Origin: a virus
Reading direction: 5' to 3' (one strand)
IMG/VR virus record: IMGVR_UViG_3300047547_000167
Coordinates: 28,928 to 92,927 of that record
DNA: 64,000 nucleotides
A program made the translations under genes and the position numbers. The number at the start of each line of letters is the position of its first letter. The stretch's first letter is position 1. Under the pieces are notes generated by a model. The model saw only the letters and a list, made by a program, of their open reading frames with translations, was not told the DNA's origin and made no database searches. Of the stretch, positions 1-9,234 are shown one piece after another.

Positions 1-9
1 GAAGGCGAC

Positions 10-369
10 ATGGATGCCTTCGGTGAATTCAGCCCAACCGGCGAAGTGGCCATGGCCAACGCCGCGCGCCACAAGCTGACCGTCAAGGCCGACACGCTGG
101 CTGCCGCCACGGACGCCCTGATCGAAGCCATCAAGCGCGGGTACAGCGTCACGTCGATCCGCCTGGCCCACGGCTGCTGCACCTTCCGCTTGACCTCCGA
201 CTTCCACCTGCGCGGCATCGACATCCCGCGCGAGGAAAACCCGGTGGGCAACGACTGGGAGCACGAAGCCGCGTGGGAGATGACCAACGTCGTCGCGGTG
301 ATGAACGACCTCTGCGCCATGTTTGCCTACAAGGCGCCCGAAGGTGCCGAGGAAGGCGGTGAGGCATGA
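10..369 (+). CDS. hypothetical phage protein
   Basis: 119-aa ORF; its stop overlaps the next start (ATGA), consistent with an operon. Confidence 0.6.
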   Translation: MDAFGEFSPTGEVAMANAARHKLTVKADTLAAATDALIEAIKRGYSVTSIRLAHGCCTFRLTSDFHLRGIDIPREENPVGNDWEHEAAWEMTNVVAVMNDLCAMFAYKAPEGAEEGGEA

Positions 370-593
370 CCAACCAGGAAACCGTCATGCAGCTGGCCGA
401 GCTGCTGCTGATGCGGGCCGCCGAGCTGGGAATGAACGTCACCATCACCCGCGTCCCCAACCACCCACTGGCCATGGGCAACATGCGCGACGTGATCGAG
501 GTGTGGCCCATCCGCCAGCTGGCGGAGCCCATCCGCCGCGCCCCCACCGTCCAGCACCTGCCCGCCGACGACACGGAAGGCGGTGAGCTGTGA
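366..593 (+). CDS. hypothetical phage protein
   Basis: 75-aa ORF coupled on both sides (ATGA, GTGA); C-terminal 'PADDTEGGE'. Confidence 0.65.
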   Translation: MTNQETVMQLAELLLMRAAELGMNVTITRVPNHPLAMGNMRDVIEVWPIRQLAEPIRRAPTVQHLPADDTEGGEL

Positions 594-1387
594 AGCAATA
601 CACCGACCTCGTGAAACACGTGATCGACAACGGCGAGATGCGCACCGACCGCACGGGCGTGGGCACGCTGAGCGTCTTCGGCGGCATGCTTGAGTTCGAC
701 CTGCGCGAGCGCTTCCCGCTGGTGCAGGCGAAGGAAACGCGCTGGCGCACGGCGTTTCTGGAAATGCTGTGGTTCCTGCGCGGCGAGGACAACACCGACT
801 GGCTGCGCGCCAACGACTGCAAGTTGTGGGATGCGTGGACGGACGACGACGGGTACCTTGGGCCGGTTTACGGCGTGCAGTGGCGCAGCTGGCCAGCCAA
901 CGAAGGCCCATGGCACGACCAGATCAAAGCCATGATCGAAGGCCTGCGCAACAACCCCACCAGCCGCCGGCACATCGTCACAGCGTGGAACGTGGCCGAC
1001 CTGAACGACATGGCCCTGCCACCCTGCCACTGGGCCCACCAGTGCTACGTCGCAAACGGCTGGCTGGACATGATCGTGCACCAGCGCAGCTGGGACTTGG
1101 GTCTGGGTGCACCCTTCAACATCGCCCAGTACGCCCTGCTCCAGCACCTGTACGCCCGCGCCGCTGGCCTGAAGCCCCGGCACATGAAGTTTGCCTACGG
1201 CGACGCCCACGTCTACCTGAACCACGTCGGTGCCCTGGAGGAAATGCTGGGCCGCCAGTACCAGCCAGACAGCGCCAGCCTGGTGTTCAAAGCCGACAAC
1301 ACCGACATCGACGGCTACAAGCCCGGCGACTTCGACATCGAGGGCTACGAGCCGCAGCCGTTCATCAAGCTGGAGGTGGCCCTGTGA
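590..1387 (+). CDS. thyA: thymidylate synthase
   Basis: DRTGVGT, GPVYGVQWR, catalytic LPPCH, HQRSWD, PFNIAQY and GDAHVY motifs. Confidence 0.96.
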   Translation: MKQYTDLVKHVIDNGEMRTDRTGVGTLSVFGGMLEFDLRERFPLVQAKETRWRTAFLEMLWFLRGEDNTDWLRANDCKLWDAWTDDDGYLGPVYGVQWRSWPANEGPWHDQIKAMIEGLRNNPTSRRHIVTAWNVADLNDMALPPCHWAHQCYVANGWLDMIVHQRSWDLGLGAPFNIAQYALLQHLYARAAGLKPRHMKFAYGDAHVYLNHVGALEEMLGRQYQPDSASLVFKADNTDIDGYKPGDFDIEGYEPQPFIKLEVAL

Positions 1388-1680
1388 ACCCGCCAACCCA
1401 CCCAGGCCAACGCTGCCGCGTCATCGGCGGCCGCATGGCCTTCAACGGCGAGGGCCAGGGGCCCAACCAGGGCAAAGAGGTCATCACCGTCTTCATGCAC
1501 GATGAGAAGGCGGGCGTGGAGCAGGAGAACGTCTGGCGCTGCCGAGCGGCCAGCGGGCACGCGCTCCAGACCTACTACGGGGCGGGCACCGAGGCTGACT
1601 TTTTGGAGTGCTGGCTGGAAATCGTTGAGCCGCCAAAGCAGGTGAACACGACCACCACCGAGCGCGAGGTCAAAGCCTGA
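1384..1680 (+). CDS. hypothetical phage protein
   Basis: GTG at 1384 overlaps the thyA stop; 3' part of ORF 769..1680 (NPPTHPGQRCRVIGG...). Confidence 0.6.
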   Translation: MNPPTHPGQRCRVIGGRMAFNGEGQGPNQGKEVITVFMHDEKAGVEQENVWRCRAASGHALQTYYGAGTEADFLECWLEIVEPPKQVNTTTTEREVKA

Positions 1681-2000
1681 TGGCACAAGTCCGGGTAAAC
1701 GCGCTTTCGTTCGCAATGATGGTCCGGGCCTTGTATGACGGCCCCAAGACCCTGCACCAGCTCTGCGAGATCACGGGCCTCCACGTTTGGACGGCCCGTC
1801 ATTACGTCAAGGCGATGCAAAAGCAGGAGGTGGTGCACATCACCGGCTGGACGAAGGACAGCATGGGCCGCGACGCCATCGCCCACTACGCCCTCGGCAT
1901 GGGCTTGGACATGCCGCGCGAGTGCAAGACAGGCGCACAGAAGCAGCAGGCACTGAGGGCCCGCAGGCGGGCTGCCGTCGAGGCCGCGAACAACTCCTGA
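1680..2000 (+). CDS. putative winged-HTH DNA-binding protein
   Basis: KTLHQLCEITGLHVWTARHYVKAM resembles an HTH followed by a wing; basic C-terminus. Confidence 0.6.
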   Translation: MAQVRVNALSFAMMVRALYDGPKTLHQLCEITGLHVWTARHYVKAMQKQEVVHITGWTKDSMGRDAIAHYALGMGLDMPRECKTGAQKQQALRARRRAAVEAANNS

Positions 2001-2020
2001 CACCAGGGTGGCCTGGGCAC

Positions 2021-2045
2021 AAAAAAACCGCCAGATGGCGGTTTT
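2021..2045. terminator. bidirectional intrinsic terminator
   Basis: AAAACCGCC-agat-GGCGGTTTT with A/T tails, between convergent genes. Confidence 0.85.
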
Positions 2046-2062
2046 GTCGTTTGGGCAGCTGG

Positions 2063-4852
2063 TCAGATTGGGGGCTCGTCGTCGTCCAGGACCAGGGACA
2101 GCGGAACGGTGATGACCTTGCTGTTGGTGCCCGCGTACTTCCGCGTCCGGTTCCCGTAGTTGGTCGCGCCAGGCAGGCGTGACAGCTGGCCGCGAAGGTC
2201 TGTCACGTAGGCCGTGTCCTTCACCAGCGCATTCAGGTTGGTCGAGCGCACGCCGAACAGGATGGCCTTGTCCTCGATCATCATCCCGTTTCGGCGCAGG
2301 ATATCCATGCAAAGTGGGCCGCCAATCGAGGTCGAGCTGACCTGGCGGCCAACCGCCTCGGACAGAATCTCGTGCACGGTCACGTCGGAGTTCGCCACGC
2401 GAATCTTGGCCTCCATGATGGCAGCCAGGGCCTTCTCTGGATCGCCAGGCCCGCCGGACACGTCGGTGTGGTCCGTCCAGTCGTAGCTGTTGATCATGGC
2501 CAGCGCCTCGGCTTCGCTTGCCACCTTGCTGGACGTCAGGCACCACGTACCGGCCAGCAGCGTGCCGTACTGGTCACCCTGGCGCTGCGTCCCAAACCGA
2601 GCGGCAGCGACCCGGCAGAACACCTCGACGTTGGCGATGACAGTGGGCAGCAGCCAGAGGCCGCGAGCCAGGATGCGGGCAGGCCAGGTGCCGTCGCGCT
2701 TGATCTTGTGGAGCGACTCCTCCAGCTTTTGCCACTGGTCGTCCGACGCGCCCGACTTGGCCGCAGGCCTCAGCACCAAGGGCGTGATGCGAGACTGGTC
2801 CGAGTCCTTGTCGAGCATGGTGTTGATCGAGGCCACGCAAAACATCGACCGGATGTGGAACCGCATGGAGTCGCCAGAAACCGTGCCCTTGGCCGTCTGG
2901 TGCGCGCCTTCGGATGACGACTGGCGCATCAGCATCATGATGGACTTCATGCGTTTGCGGTCGCCCTCGTCGTTGGGCTCGAACTCGTCAATCAGCGCGG
3001 GAACAGCGTCCGCCCGCAGGGTTTGCCGGATGCCGGGCTCGGTGGAATCGCCCTGGAACGGCTCCGAGATGCCAGACAGCAGCGCCTGAACGTAGTCACT
3101 CTGGATTGTGGACTTGCCGGACCCGGCCGCGCCAGTGATCCAGACGTGGGGCCGCCAATTCAGCGCGCCACCAATCGGGCTCAGGAACACCCAGCCCGCC
3201 AGCAGCGCAGCGGAGCCGGGCCGCGTCCAGCGCGCCATCTTCGCCACTTCGAGCATGTGCTGGCCATCCTCGTCGGACAGCGGCGTCTCGGCAGGCGGCG
3301 TCATGGTCCGCGACATGGGATAGACCCAGCGCGACTCGATATCGGTTATGTCCGTCCGCACGCCATCGACGGACAGGTAGTCGCCGTGGTGGAAGACCGC
3401 CCGGCCATTGTCGCGCCAGGCGCCACGGCCGCGTACATTCCGGGGGTCGTACACGCCACGCTTGTGAGCAATTGCCATGATCCACTCGAAGGCCTGCACG
3501 CGGTTGACGCCGCCTTTGTCGCCCGGGAAATGCATCTCCCACCAGTTCGTGGGGGCCAGCTCCGCCAACCCCATGTCGCTGAAGTCCTGCCGCGAGCGGT
3601 GGAGCACCATCCGCTTGGCGCGGTGGAAAAAATAGTAGTAGTCGCCGTCGTAGCCCAGGATGGCAAAGTGCCCGTGGTCGAGAAGCGCCTCGTCTTCGCC
3701 ATCCAGCGCCGGGATTGAAGGCTGGCCTTCCGGTGGGGGCTCATCGGGCGAGGCGGGCTCCCCCTCCCAAGGCGGCAAATCATCAGGCGGCACCGGCGCA
3801 GGCGCAGGAGCCAGCGCGGCATCAATGACGCCGGCCACGGCCTCCAGCCCCTCGGACTGCTGCAAGTCGTTGAAGTCGCCAGGAGGCGGCACGGCCACCA
3901 GGCCGCCGACGGCATCGGCCGCCTTGCGCGCAGCGGTCACGCCAGGGTTGCCCGCCGTCTGGGTGTCGTTGTCGGCAGCGAACAGGATGATGGCGTCGGG
4001 CTTGGCCGCGCGCAGCTTCTCGGCCACGCGCAACAGGTTCGAGGTGTCGAAGCACACCAGCACCAGGTGGCCGGTGGCCGCGTGCACGCTGGCACACGTG
4101 GCGTAGCCCTCGCCCAGCACGTAGACCACCCGGCCGTCGTGCTGCCGGGGCTTGCCGATTGGGAAGAAGTTGCCCGACTTGGCCCCGTCTTTGAAAAAGC
4201 GCTTCTTGCCACCTTCCTCTGGGTCGATGCCCTGAAGGCTCCAGAGCTTGCCCTTGTTGTCCTTGATCGGGATGAGCAGAGACTGCTGCGTGACCACGAA
4301 CACCTCGCCGGTGTCGGGGTCCACGCGCTCCCAGGTGCCCACACGCAAGCCGTAGGACGAAACGCCCTTGCGGGCGAGGTAGGGATGGGCGCCGCCAGGC
4401 GAAGCCGCGTCCCAGATTTGCTGGGCACGCACGGCGCGCTCTTCATGGAGCGCCGCCTCTTCAGCGGCGGCCTGGGCGGCACGCTCAGCAGCCCGAGCGC
4501 GGTCGGCGTCGATCTCGGCCTTGGAGCGCTTCTTGTGGGTGCCAGCGTCCACCCAGCCCGCCGACTTGGCGTCGTAGAACAGGCTGGCAATGGTCAGCTT
4601 GCCCGCCGTCTTGATCGACTTCCACACCGACTTGGCCGCGCCAGCGCTGTAGCTGTCGCACTGGGAGCCCCACTGGTCCCAAATTTCAAAGCCCTCGTCG
4701 GGAAACTCGCTCTTGATGCAGGTCGCGGCGCGAACCCAAACCTCACGGCTCGCCGGGTTGAGGTAGCTCAGCGCAGACCGGACACGCTCAATGCTGGTGG
4801 CGTCATGCATAGACGCCCCTGAAGAAAGATGAAGACAAACCGCACTCCCCAC
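2063..4852 (-). CDS. primase-helicase (PriCT-2-like N-terminus, TOPRIM, P-loop helicase)
   Basis: TOPRIM GEGYAT...AADND; Walker A GAAGSGKS; Walker B LIDEFE. Start is GTG 4852 (SD GGGGAGGA) or ATG 4810. Confidence 0.88.
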   Translation of the reverse strand: MGSAVCLHLSSGASMHDATSIERVRSALSYLNPASREVWVRAATCIKSEFPDEGFEIWDQWGSQCDSYSAGAAKSVWKSIKTAGKLTIASLFYDAKSAGWVDAGTHKKRSKAEIDADRARAAERAAQAAAEEAALHEERAVRAQQIWDAASPGGAHPYLARKGVSSYGLRVGTWERVDPDTGEVFVVTQQSLLIPIKDNKGKLWSLQGIDPEEGGKKRFFKDGAKSGNFFPIGKPRQHDGRVVYVLGEGYATCASVHAATGHLVLVCFDTSNLLRVAEKLRAAKPDAIILFAADNDTQTAGNPGVTAARKAADAVGGLVAVPPPGDFNDLQQSEGLEAVAGVIDAALAPAPAPVPPDDLPPWEGEPASPDEPPPEGQPSIPALDGEDEALLDHGHFAILGYDGDYYYFFHRAKRMVLHRSRQDFSDMGLAELAPTNWWEMHFPGDKGGVNRVQAFEWIMAIAHKRGVYDPRNVRGRGAWRDNGRAVFHHGDYLSVDGVRTDITDIESRWVYPMSRTMTPPAETPLSDEDGQHMLEVAKMARWTRPGSAALLAGWVFLSPIGGALNWRPHVWITGAAGSGKSTIQSDYVQALLSGISEPFQGDSTEPGIRQTLRADAVPALIDEFEPNDEGDRKRMKSIMMLMRQSSSEGAHQTAKGTVSGDSMRFHIRSMFCVASINTMLDKDSDQSRITPLVLRPAAKSGASDDQWQKLEESLHKIKRDGTWPARILARGLWLLPTVIANVEVFCRVAAARFGTQRQGDQYGTLLAGTWCLTSSKVASEAEALAMINSYDWTDHTDVSGGPGDPEKALAAIMEAKIRVANSDVTVHEILSEAVGRQVSSTSIGGPLCMDILRRNGMMIEDKAILFGVRSTNLNALVKDTAYVTDLRGQLSRLPGATNYGNRTRKYAGTNSKVITVPLSLVLDDDEPPI

Positions 4853-4856
4853 GGAA

Positions 4857-4941
4857 TCCTCCCCGACAAGTAAAGGTGGGCGGCGCGCACAGGGGGAGGA
4901 CTGCGCGCGCCTTTTCAGCCGGTAGCTAACCGGCGTAGCCC
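4857..4941 (-). promoter_or_regulatory. structured 5' leader of the primase gene; anti-SD loop complementary to its RBS
   Basis: GGGC..GCCC closes two hairpins (GCCGGT-tagct-ACCGGC and GGCGCGCGCAG-TCCTCCCC-CTGTGCGCGCC); the loop is complementary to GGGGAGGA at 4864-4857. Confidence 0.65.
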
Positions 4942-5011
4942 AAAAACGATTGTGGCCACACGGCGACCGAGTCGCTGACGTGAAGCCGGGAATTCGTGTG
5001 AAGGCTGCATC

Positions 5012-5455
5012 TTACAGCGGATCGGGGGCGCTCCCACGCCGCCATGCTGCAATAATTTCAACAGCCTGCTCGGGCGAGCTGGCAAACCCAGCGATCCCGC
5101 CAGCGCGGTGCATCTGCTGCACGAAGTTGATCTGCGCGTCGCGTTTGCGACCGCCGCCGCTGGCCTTGCACTCCACGCCAGTGAAGACGGGGATGGTTCG
5201 GCCCACCATGTCTGGGGTGATGACCACAGGGGTCCAGCCTATGAGGTCGGGCGCCCCTTGGAGCGGGTCACCAGTCGGAAGCGCAAGACCCAAAGCCACA
5301 GGGCGACTGCCAGGCGGCAGAACAACGGAGCCGTCGTTAAGCCGCCTGACCTCGCCATGACACACCCAGCCCTTGCCAGTATTCAACCTGAACAGGCGAC
5401 TGACCGGCCCGAGGGCCAGCCACACCTGGCGCATGACGGTGGACTCGGTAGCCAT
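5012..5455 (-). CDS. VRR-NUC family nuclease (putative Holliday junction resolvase)
   Basis: GAPDLIG...FTGVECKA...Q..F PD-(D/E)xK signature; ATG at 5455. Confidence 0.82.
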   Translation of the reverse strand: MATESTVMRQVWLALGPVSRLFRLNTGKGWVCHGEVRRLNDGSVVLPPGSRPVALGLALPTGDPLQGAPDLIGWTPVVITPDMVGRTIPVFTGVECKASGGGRKRDAQINFVQQMHRAGGIAGFASSPEQAVEIIAAWRRGSAPDPL

Positions 5456-5976
5456 CAGCGGGGCACCACGCGGTAGGCGATCACGTCGCTGGGGAGGCCT
5501 CGATGCTCCCAGATGAAAATCGAGGCGCGCCCCATGCGGGGAATCTTGCCACGGCGCTGGCACTCAACGACCACGCTGGGGCCAACGGGGGCCGTCCCAC
5601 CACTCCACTTGATCCACCAGCCAGTAGTATCCACCACCGCCCCAGCAAACGCCACGCTGTCCGGGTCGTACTCAGGCGGCGGCGGGATGACCACGGCGTC
5701 GGCAGCGGCATCCTCGTCCAGCATTTCCAGCCGACGCGTCAGCGTGTCGATGGCTTCCTGCACGTCGCGCCTGAAGTCCTTGCCAGCGCCACGGCCACCA
5801 GGGGCGACCAGCTTCTTGATGGCGTGCCCCAGGGCCTGGTCGGTGACGCCGAACAGGTCCAGCATGCGGTAGATGTCAATCTCGCTCAGGTGGGCTACCG
5901 AGCGGAAGTAGTGGGCGTGTTTACGTGCGCCAGCCTGGTTTTTGCTTTGGGTTGTGGACGTCATGGTAGTGGTCAT
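5455..5976 (-). CDS. hypothetical phage protein (DUF3310-like N-terminal region)
   Basis: HYFR...IDIYRMLDLF...HAIKKL...GGRGAGKD...DVQEAI pattern, common in phages. Confidence 0.6.
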   Translation of the reverse strand: MTTTMTSTTQSKNQAGARKHAHYFRSVAHLSEIDIYRMLDLFGVTDQALGHAIKKLVAPGGRGAGKDFRRDVQEAIDTLTRRLEMLDEDAAADAVVIPPPPEYDPDSVAFAGAVVDTTGWWIKWSGGTAPVGPSVVVECQRRGKIPRMGRASIFIWEHRGLPSDVIAYRVVPR

Positions 5977-6394
5977 CGGGGTAAGCCAAGTGAATCTCTC
6001 TGTGGTGAGGTGGACAAAGCCAGATCACATCAAGGGGGCGGGAGTAGTCAGGGTGGTGCGCCTCAACGTCCGCAGCGCCACAGCACGCGCAAGGCTGCTT
6101 TGCCAGCCTGCCGGTCTTCAAGGCGGCGGCCACTGCGCCGTTTGCTTTGTAGCGATCAGGAAACCGACGCCGGTATTCCGCCGTTCTCTCATGGCCGAGG
6201 TGGACACGGTGCGGGAGTTTTGACCGCTCACGGTCATAAGCGCGTATCGCGTCGCCGTTGGCGCGACGATGCTCAAGCATGTCGCGCTTTGTGCACGCCT
6301 TGCATTTGTTGAGGTGTCCATCCGCCATCATTTTGTGCCGGTAGAACTCCGACAGCGGCTGGCAAACACCACACTTGAAGCACGCTTTCACCAA
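5921..6394 (-). CDS. HNH-type endonuclease with Zn fingers
   Basis: CxxC...CxxC N-terminus; CACCG...EAHHPDYSRPLDVIWLCPPHH. Confidence 0.75.
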   Translation of the reverse strand: MVKACFKCGVCQPLSEFYRHKMMADGHLNKCKACTKRDMLEHRRANGDAIRAYDRERSKLPHRVHLGHERTAEYRRRFPDRYKANGAVAAALKTGRLAKQPCACCGAADVEAHHPDYSRPLDVIWLCPPHHREIHLAYPDDHYHDVHNPKQKPGWRT

Positions 6395-6846
6395 GGCCCC
6401 CGCATCGGAGCGAATGGGATGTCGTCATCCATTGCGCCATACCCACCACCAGCAGGCGCGGCAGCCGGTGCACGCGCTGGCGCGGGAGCAGGAGCTGGTG
6501 CGCCGCCTTCAGGCTTTGCCCCCAGCAACTGGAAGTCCTGGCCCCGCACCTCGGTGACGTACTTCTCGGCCCCGTCCTTGTCGGTGTACTTGCGCACCGA
6601 GAACTCGCCGTTCGCCCGCATCTGCGAGCCCTTCTTGGCGTACTGGCCAATCAGCTCGGCGGTCTTCCCAAAGAACGAGAACGGCACCCAGGTGGTCTGC
6701 TCCTTCATTTCACCGGTGGCCTTGTCCTTCCACTTTTTGCCCACCGCCAGCGAGATGTTCACCGCCGCGTCGCCGTTGGGCATGCGGCGCACCTCGGGAT
6801 CACGCCCCAGGCGTCCGATGACGCAAACCAAATTCAAATCAGCCAT
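6388..6846 (-). CDS. ssb: single-stranded DNA-binding protein
   Basis: LNLVCVIGRLGRDPEVR OB fold; acidic tail DDDIPF. Confidence 0.95.
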   Translation of the reverse strand: MADLNLVCVIGRLGRDPEVRRMPNGDAAVNISLAVGKKWKDKATGEMKEQTTWVPFSFFGKTAELIGQYAKKGSQMRANGEFSVRKYTDKDGAEKYVTEVRGQDFQLLGAKPEGGAPAPAPAPARAPAAAPAGGGYGAMDDDIPFAPMRGPW

Positions 6847-6873
6847 AACGAATACCCTTTCAAAAACTCACGG

Positions 6874-8484
6874 TTAGAAGGCCCGTGATTTGCCCGAATT
6901 CTTGCGCTGCCGCGCGTTCCACAAGTGTTGCGCCCACCCCCGGGAATAACCACGCTGGGCCGCGATCTTCTCCAGCTCCTCCAGCGTTTTCGCCCCCGCC
7001 ACCTCGACCTTCTTCTGTCGCTTCAACGCTTCCTCCATTTCCGGGGTGATCTCGGCCAGCTCGCCGTCCACGTGCTCGGGGCCCTTGCGGACGCGCCCTG
7101 GGATGGCGTGCCCGCAATTGGGGCAGACGTGCTCCTGGCCAGCGGGCCGGTCCTTGGGGTCGAAAACCGAGTAGCACTGGGGGCACTGCGTGAGGTCGAT
7201 CTTGGGCTCGTCGTCCTTCTTCTTGCCCTTCTTCTTTTTGATGCCGTCCAAGTCCCACTCGCGCTCGGCGTCGGCGAAGCCGTGCTTCTGCCAGAGCCCG
7301 CAGTGGTCGATGACAAAGCACTTGCGCCCCTTGGGGCCGGCGTCGATGGCCGCAAAGCGCTGCTCCGCAGTGTCCAGCGGCATGCCGGGCGCGAAGATGG
7401 GGCGCAGTCCGCGCCCGATGGTTTGCAGGTAGGACGACAGGCTCATGGTGAGCCGCAGCAGGATGACGGCGCCGATGGCCGGGCAGTCCACGCCTTCCAC
7501 TAGGAGCATGGCGAACGTGATCAGCTTCAGACGGCCGTCGGACAGCATCTGGAGCGCGCGGTCGCGTTCCTCGCTGGTGTTCTCGCCCGACAGCGCCAGC
7601 GCCGGGATACCGGCGGCGTTGAACTCCTCTGCGACGTGCCGGGCGTGGGCCACGTTGGTGCACCAGGCCACAGCTGGAACACCGGGGCAGATTTTCTTGT
7701 ATTCAGCGATGGCGCTCCCGGTGATGACGGGCTTGTCCATCAGGTCGGCCATGGCGTCGGCGTCGTAGTCGCCGCCCACCTTCTTCACGCCAGACAGGTC
7801 GATTTGCTGCTTGGAGGCGAACACGGCGGGCTTCACAAGATAGCCGTTGGCTATCAACTCCTTGATGCTGATACCCTGCACCATGGTGTCAAAGCAGCCG
7901 CCAGCGTGGCGACCCAGGCCCTTGCCGTCCAGGCGCACCGGGGAGCCGGTCACACCCAGCACGCGGGCCTGGGGCCACGCGGCCAGGATGTCCATGTAGG
8001 ACTTGGCGGCGCTGAGGTGGCACTCATCGATGACGATCAGGTCGAAGCCCACGCCCACCGCCTTCATTTTGTCGATGCGGCGCACCAGCGTCTGCACGCT
8101 GGCCACTTGCACCAGGCGGCGAGGGTTGGGGGTGAACCCGGCCATGATGATGCCGTGCTGCACGCCGTTGTCGTCCAGCTTGCGGCTGGCCTGTTTGATG
8201 AGCTGGTCGCGGTGCGCCAGGATGAGCACGCGAGAGCCTTTAGCGGCGGCCGACTTGGCGATGTAGCTGAACACGACCGTTTTGCCGGCACCGGTTGCAG
8301 CCACCAGCAGGACGGCCTTATGCCCGTTGCGGTACTCGATGCGGACCTTGTCCACGAAGTCGTGCTGGTAATCGCGCAGGCTCACAGTCGGCGCAGGCGC
8401 GGCTGGTCGAGCAGCAGGCGCGGGCCTTGGAGCGGCTGCATTGATGGCGGCAGCCAGGCGCCCGGGTTGATGGGGAGCGTTCAT
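6874..8484 (-). CDS. SF2 (DEAH) helicase with C-terminal Zn finger
   Basis: LRDYQ, ATGAGKT, DECH, TGSP, EGVD, QTIGRGLR; CPQC/CPNC. Confidence 0.93.
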   Translation of the reverse strand: MNAPHQPGRLAAAINAAAPRPAPAARPAAPAPTVSLRDYQHDFVDKVRIEYRNGHKAVLLVAATGAGKTVVFSYIAKSAAAKGSRVLILAHRDQLIKQASRKLDDNGVQHGIIMAGFTPNPRRLVQVASVQTLVRRIDKMKAVGVGFDLIVIDECHLSAAKSYMDILAAWPQARVLGVTGSPVRLDGKGLGRHAGGCFDTMVQGISIKELIANGYLVKPAVFASKQQIDLSGVKKVGGDYDADAMADLMDKPVITGSAIAEYKKICPGVPAVAWCTNVAHARHVAEEFNAAGIPALALSGENTSEERDRALQMLSDGRLKLITFAMLLVEGVDCPAIGAVILLRLTMSLSSYLQTIGRGLRPIFAPGMPLDTAEQRFAAIDAGPKGRKCFVIDHCGLWQKHGFADAEREWDLDGIKKKKGKKKDDEPKIDLTQCPQCYSVFDPKDRPAGQEHVCPNCGHAIPGRVRKGPEHVDGELAEITPEMEEALKRQKKVEVAGAKTLEELEKIAAQRGYSRGWAQHLWNARQRKNSGKSRAF

Positions 8485-8534
8485 GAAGTAAAGCGCGGCA
8501 TCAGTAAAAGTCCGCGTTCAAAAAGAGTGGAAGA

Positions 8535-8843
8535 TCAGGACGGCTGCTCGGCCCCGTCCAGGATGATGACGCGCATCCCCAACTCGACGGCTACCTTGTG
8601 CTCCAGAGTCGCGCCACGCGATGCCGACCAGCCAGGCAACAGGGCGATGGTGTCGCACGTCACCAGCTGGGCCAGAGCCATCCTCATGTACGCAGCCCAG
8701 GTGCCACAGGCAGGCACCGGGTTCTCGGCTGGGTTTTCCACGTGCGCACCGGTTGCTCGAAGGCGAGCCGCCGCCGCGTGGAAAGCCGGGTAGTTAAAGG
8801 CTGGCAAACCGGACATCGGGCCAGCCAGGTACGTGCGGTCCAT
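8535..8843 (-). CDS. DUF4406 family (nucleoside deoxyribosyltransferase-like) protein
   Basis: YLAGPMSGLPAFNYPAF...NPAE...LPGWSASRGATLE. Confidence 0.85.
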   Translation of the reverse strand: MDRTYLAGPMSGLPAFNYPAFHAAAARLRATGAHVENPAENPVPACGTWAAYMRMALAQLVTCDTIALLPGWSASRGATLEHKVAVELGMRVIILDGAEQPS

Positions 8844-9070
8844 CAGGAGCCCGCAGCGGCCGCAGCCTTTTCGGCCTCCAGGCGCACCACCTCGGCCTCC
8901 AGCTCGTCAACCTTCGACACAGACTGGGGAGCGCGGTAGCGCCAGCGTTCGACCGTGGCGCGGGCGATGCCGGTCTTCTTGCAGATTTGCGTGAGATTGC
9001 TGCCCGTCGCCTTGGCGCGGGCTTCGATGGATTGCAGGCGGCTCTGCAGCTCTGCGGCGAAAGTGGACAT
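8843..9070 (-). CDS. Cro-like HTH regulator
   Basis: 75 aa, NLTQICKKTGIARATVERW HTH; first gene of the leftward operon. Confidence 0.7.
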   Translation of the reverse strand: MSTFAAELQSRLQSIEARAKATGSNLTQICKKTGIARATVERWRYRAPQSVSKVDELEAEVVRLEAEKAAAAAGS

Positions 9071-9234
9071 AGGTACTCCGTTGAAAAGATGGCGGAGTTT
9101 ACATTAAAAACGCTGCATCCCGCAAAAATGTTTTACAATAAAGCCGTGACGCAGCGGGAAATTCCGGTAATTCCGGGGTTTTTACATTGCAGGTTACTGA
9201 CGGTTTGTTTCAAAATTTTTGAGAAAGGTGATTC
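9071..9234. promoter_or_regulatory. divergent early control region
   Basis: AT-rich gap between divergent operons; three TTTACA hexamers; TCCCGC/GCGGGA inverted half-sites. Confidence 0.6.

Noticed and set aside
590-1387. DNA hypermodification pathway based on the ThyA-like gene
   Set aside because: Canonical dUMP-specific residues are present and no modification enzymes are nearby in this window
9143-9158. GCCGTGACGCAGCGGG as a late promoter copy
   Set aside because: Lacks the A2/T6 hexamer and lies in the early control region
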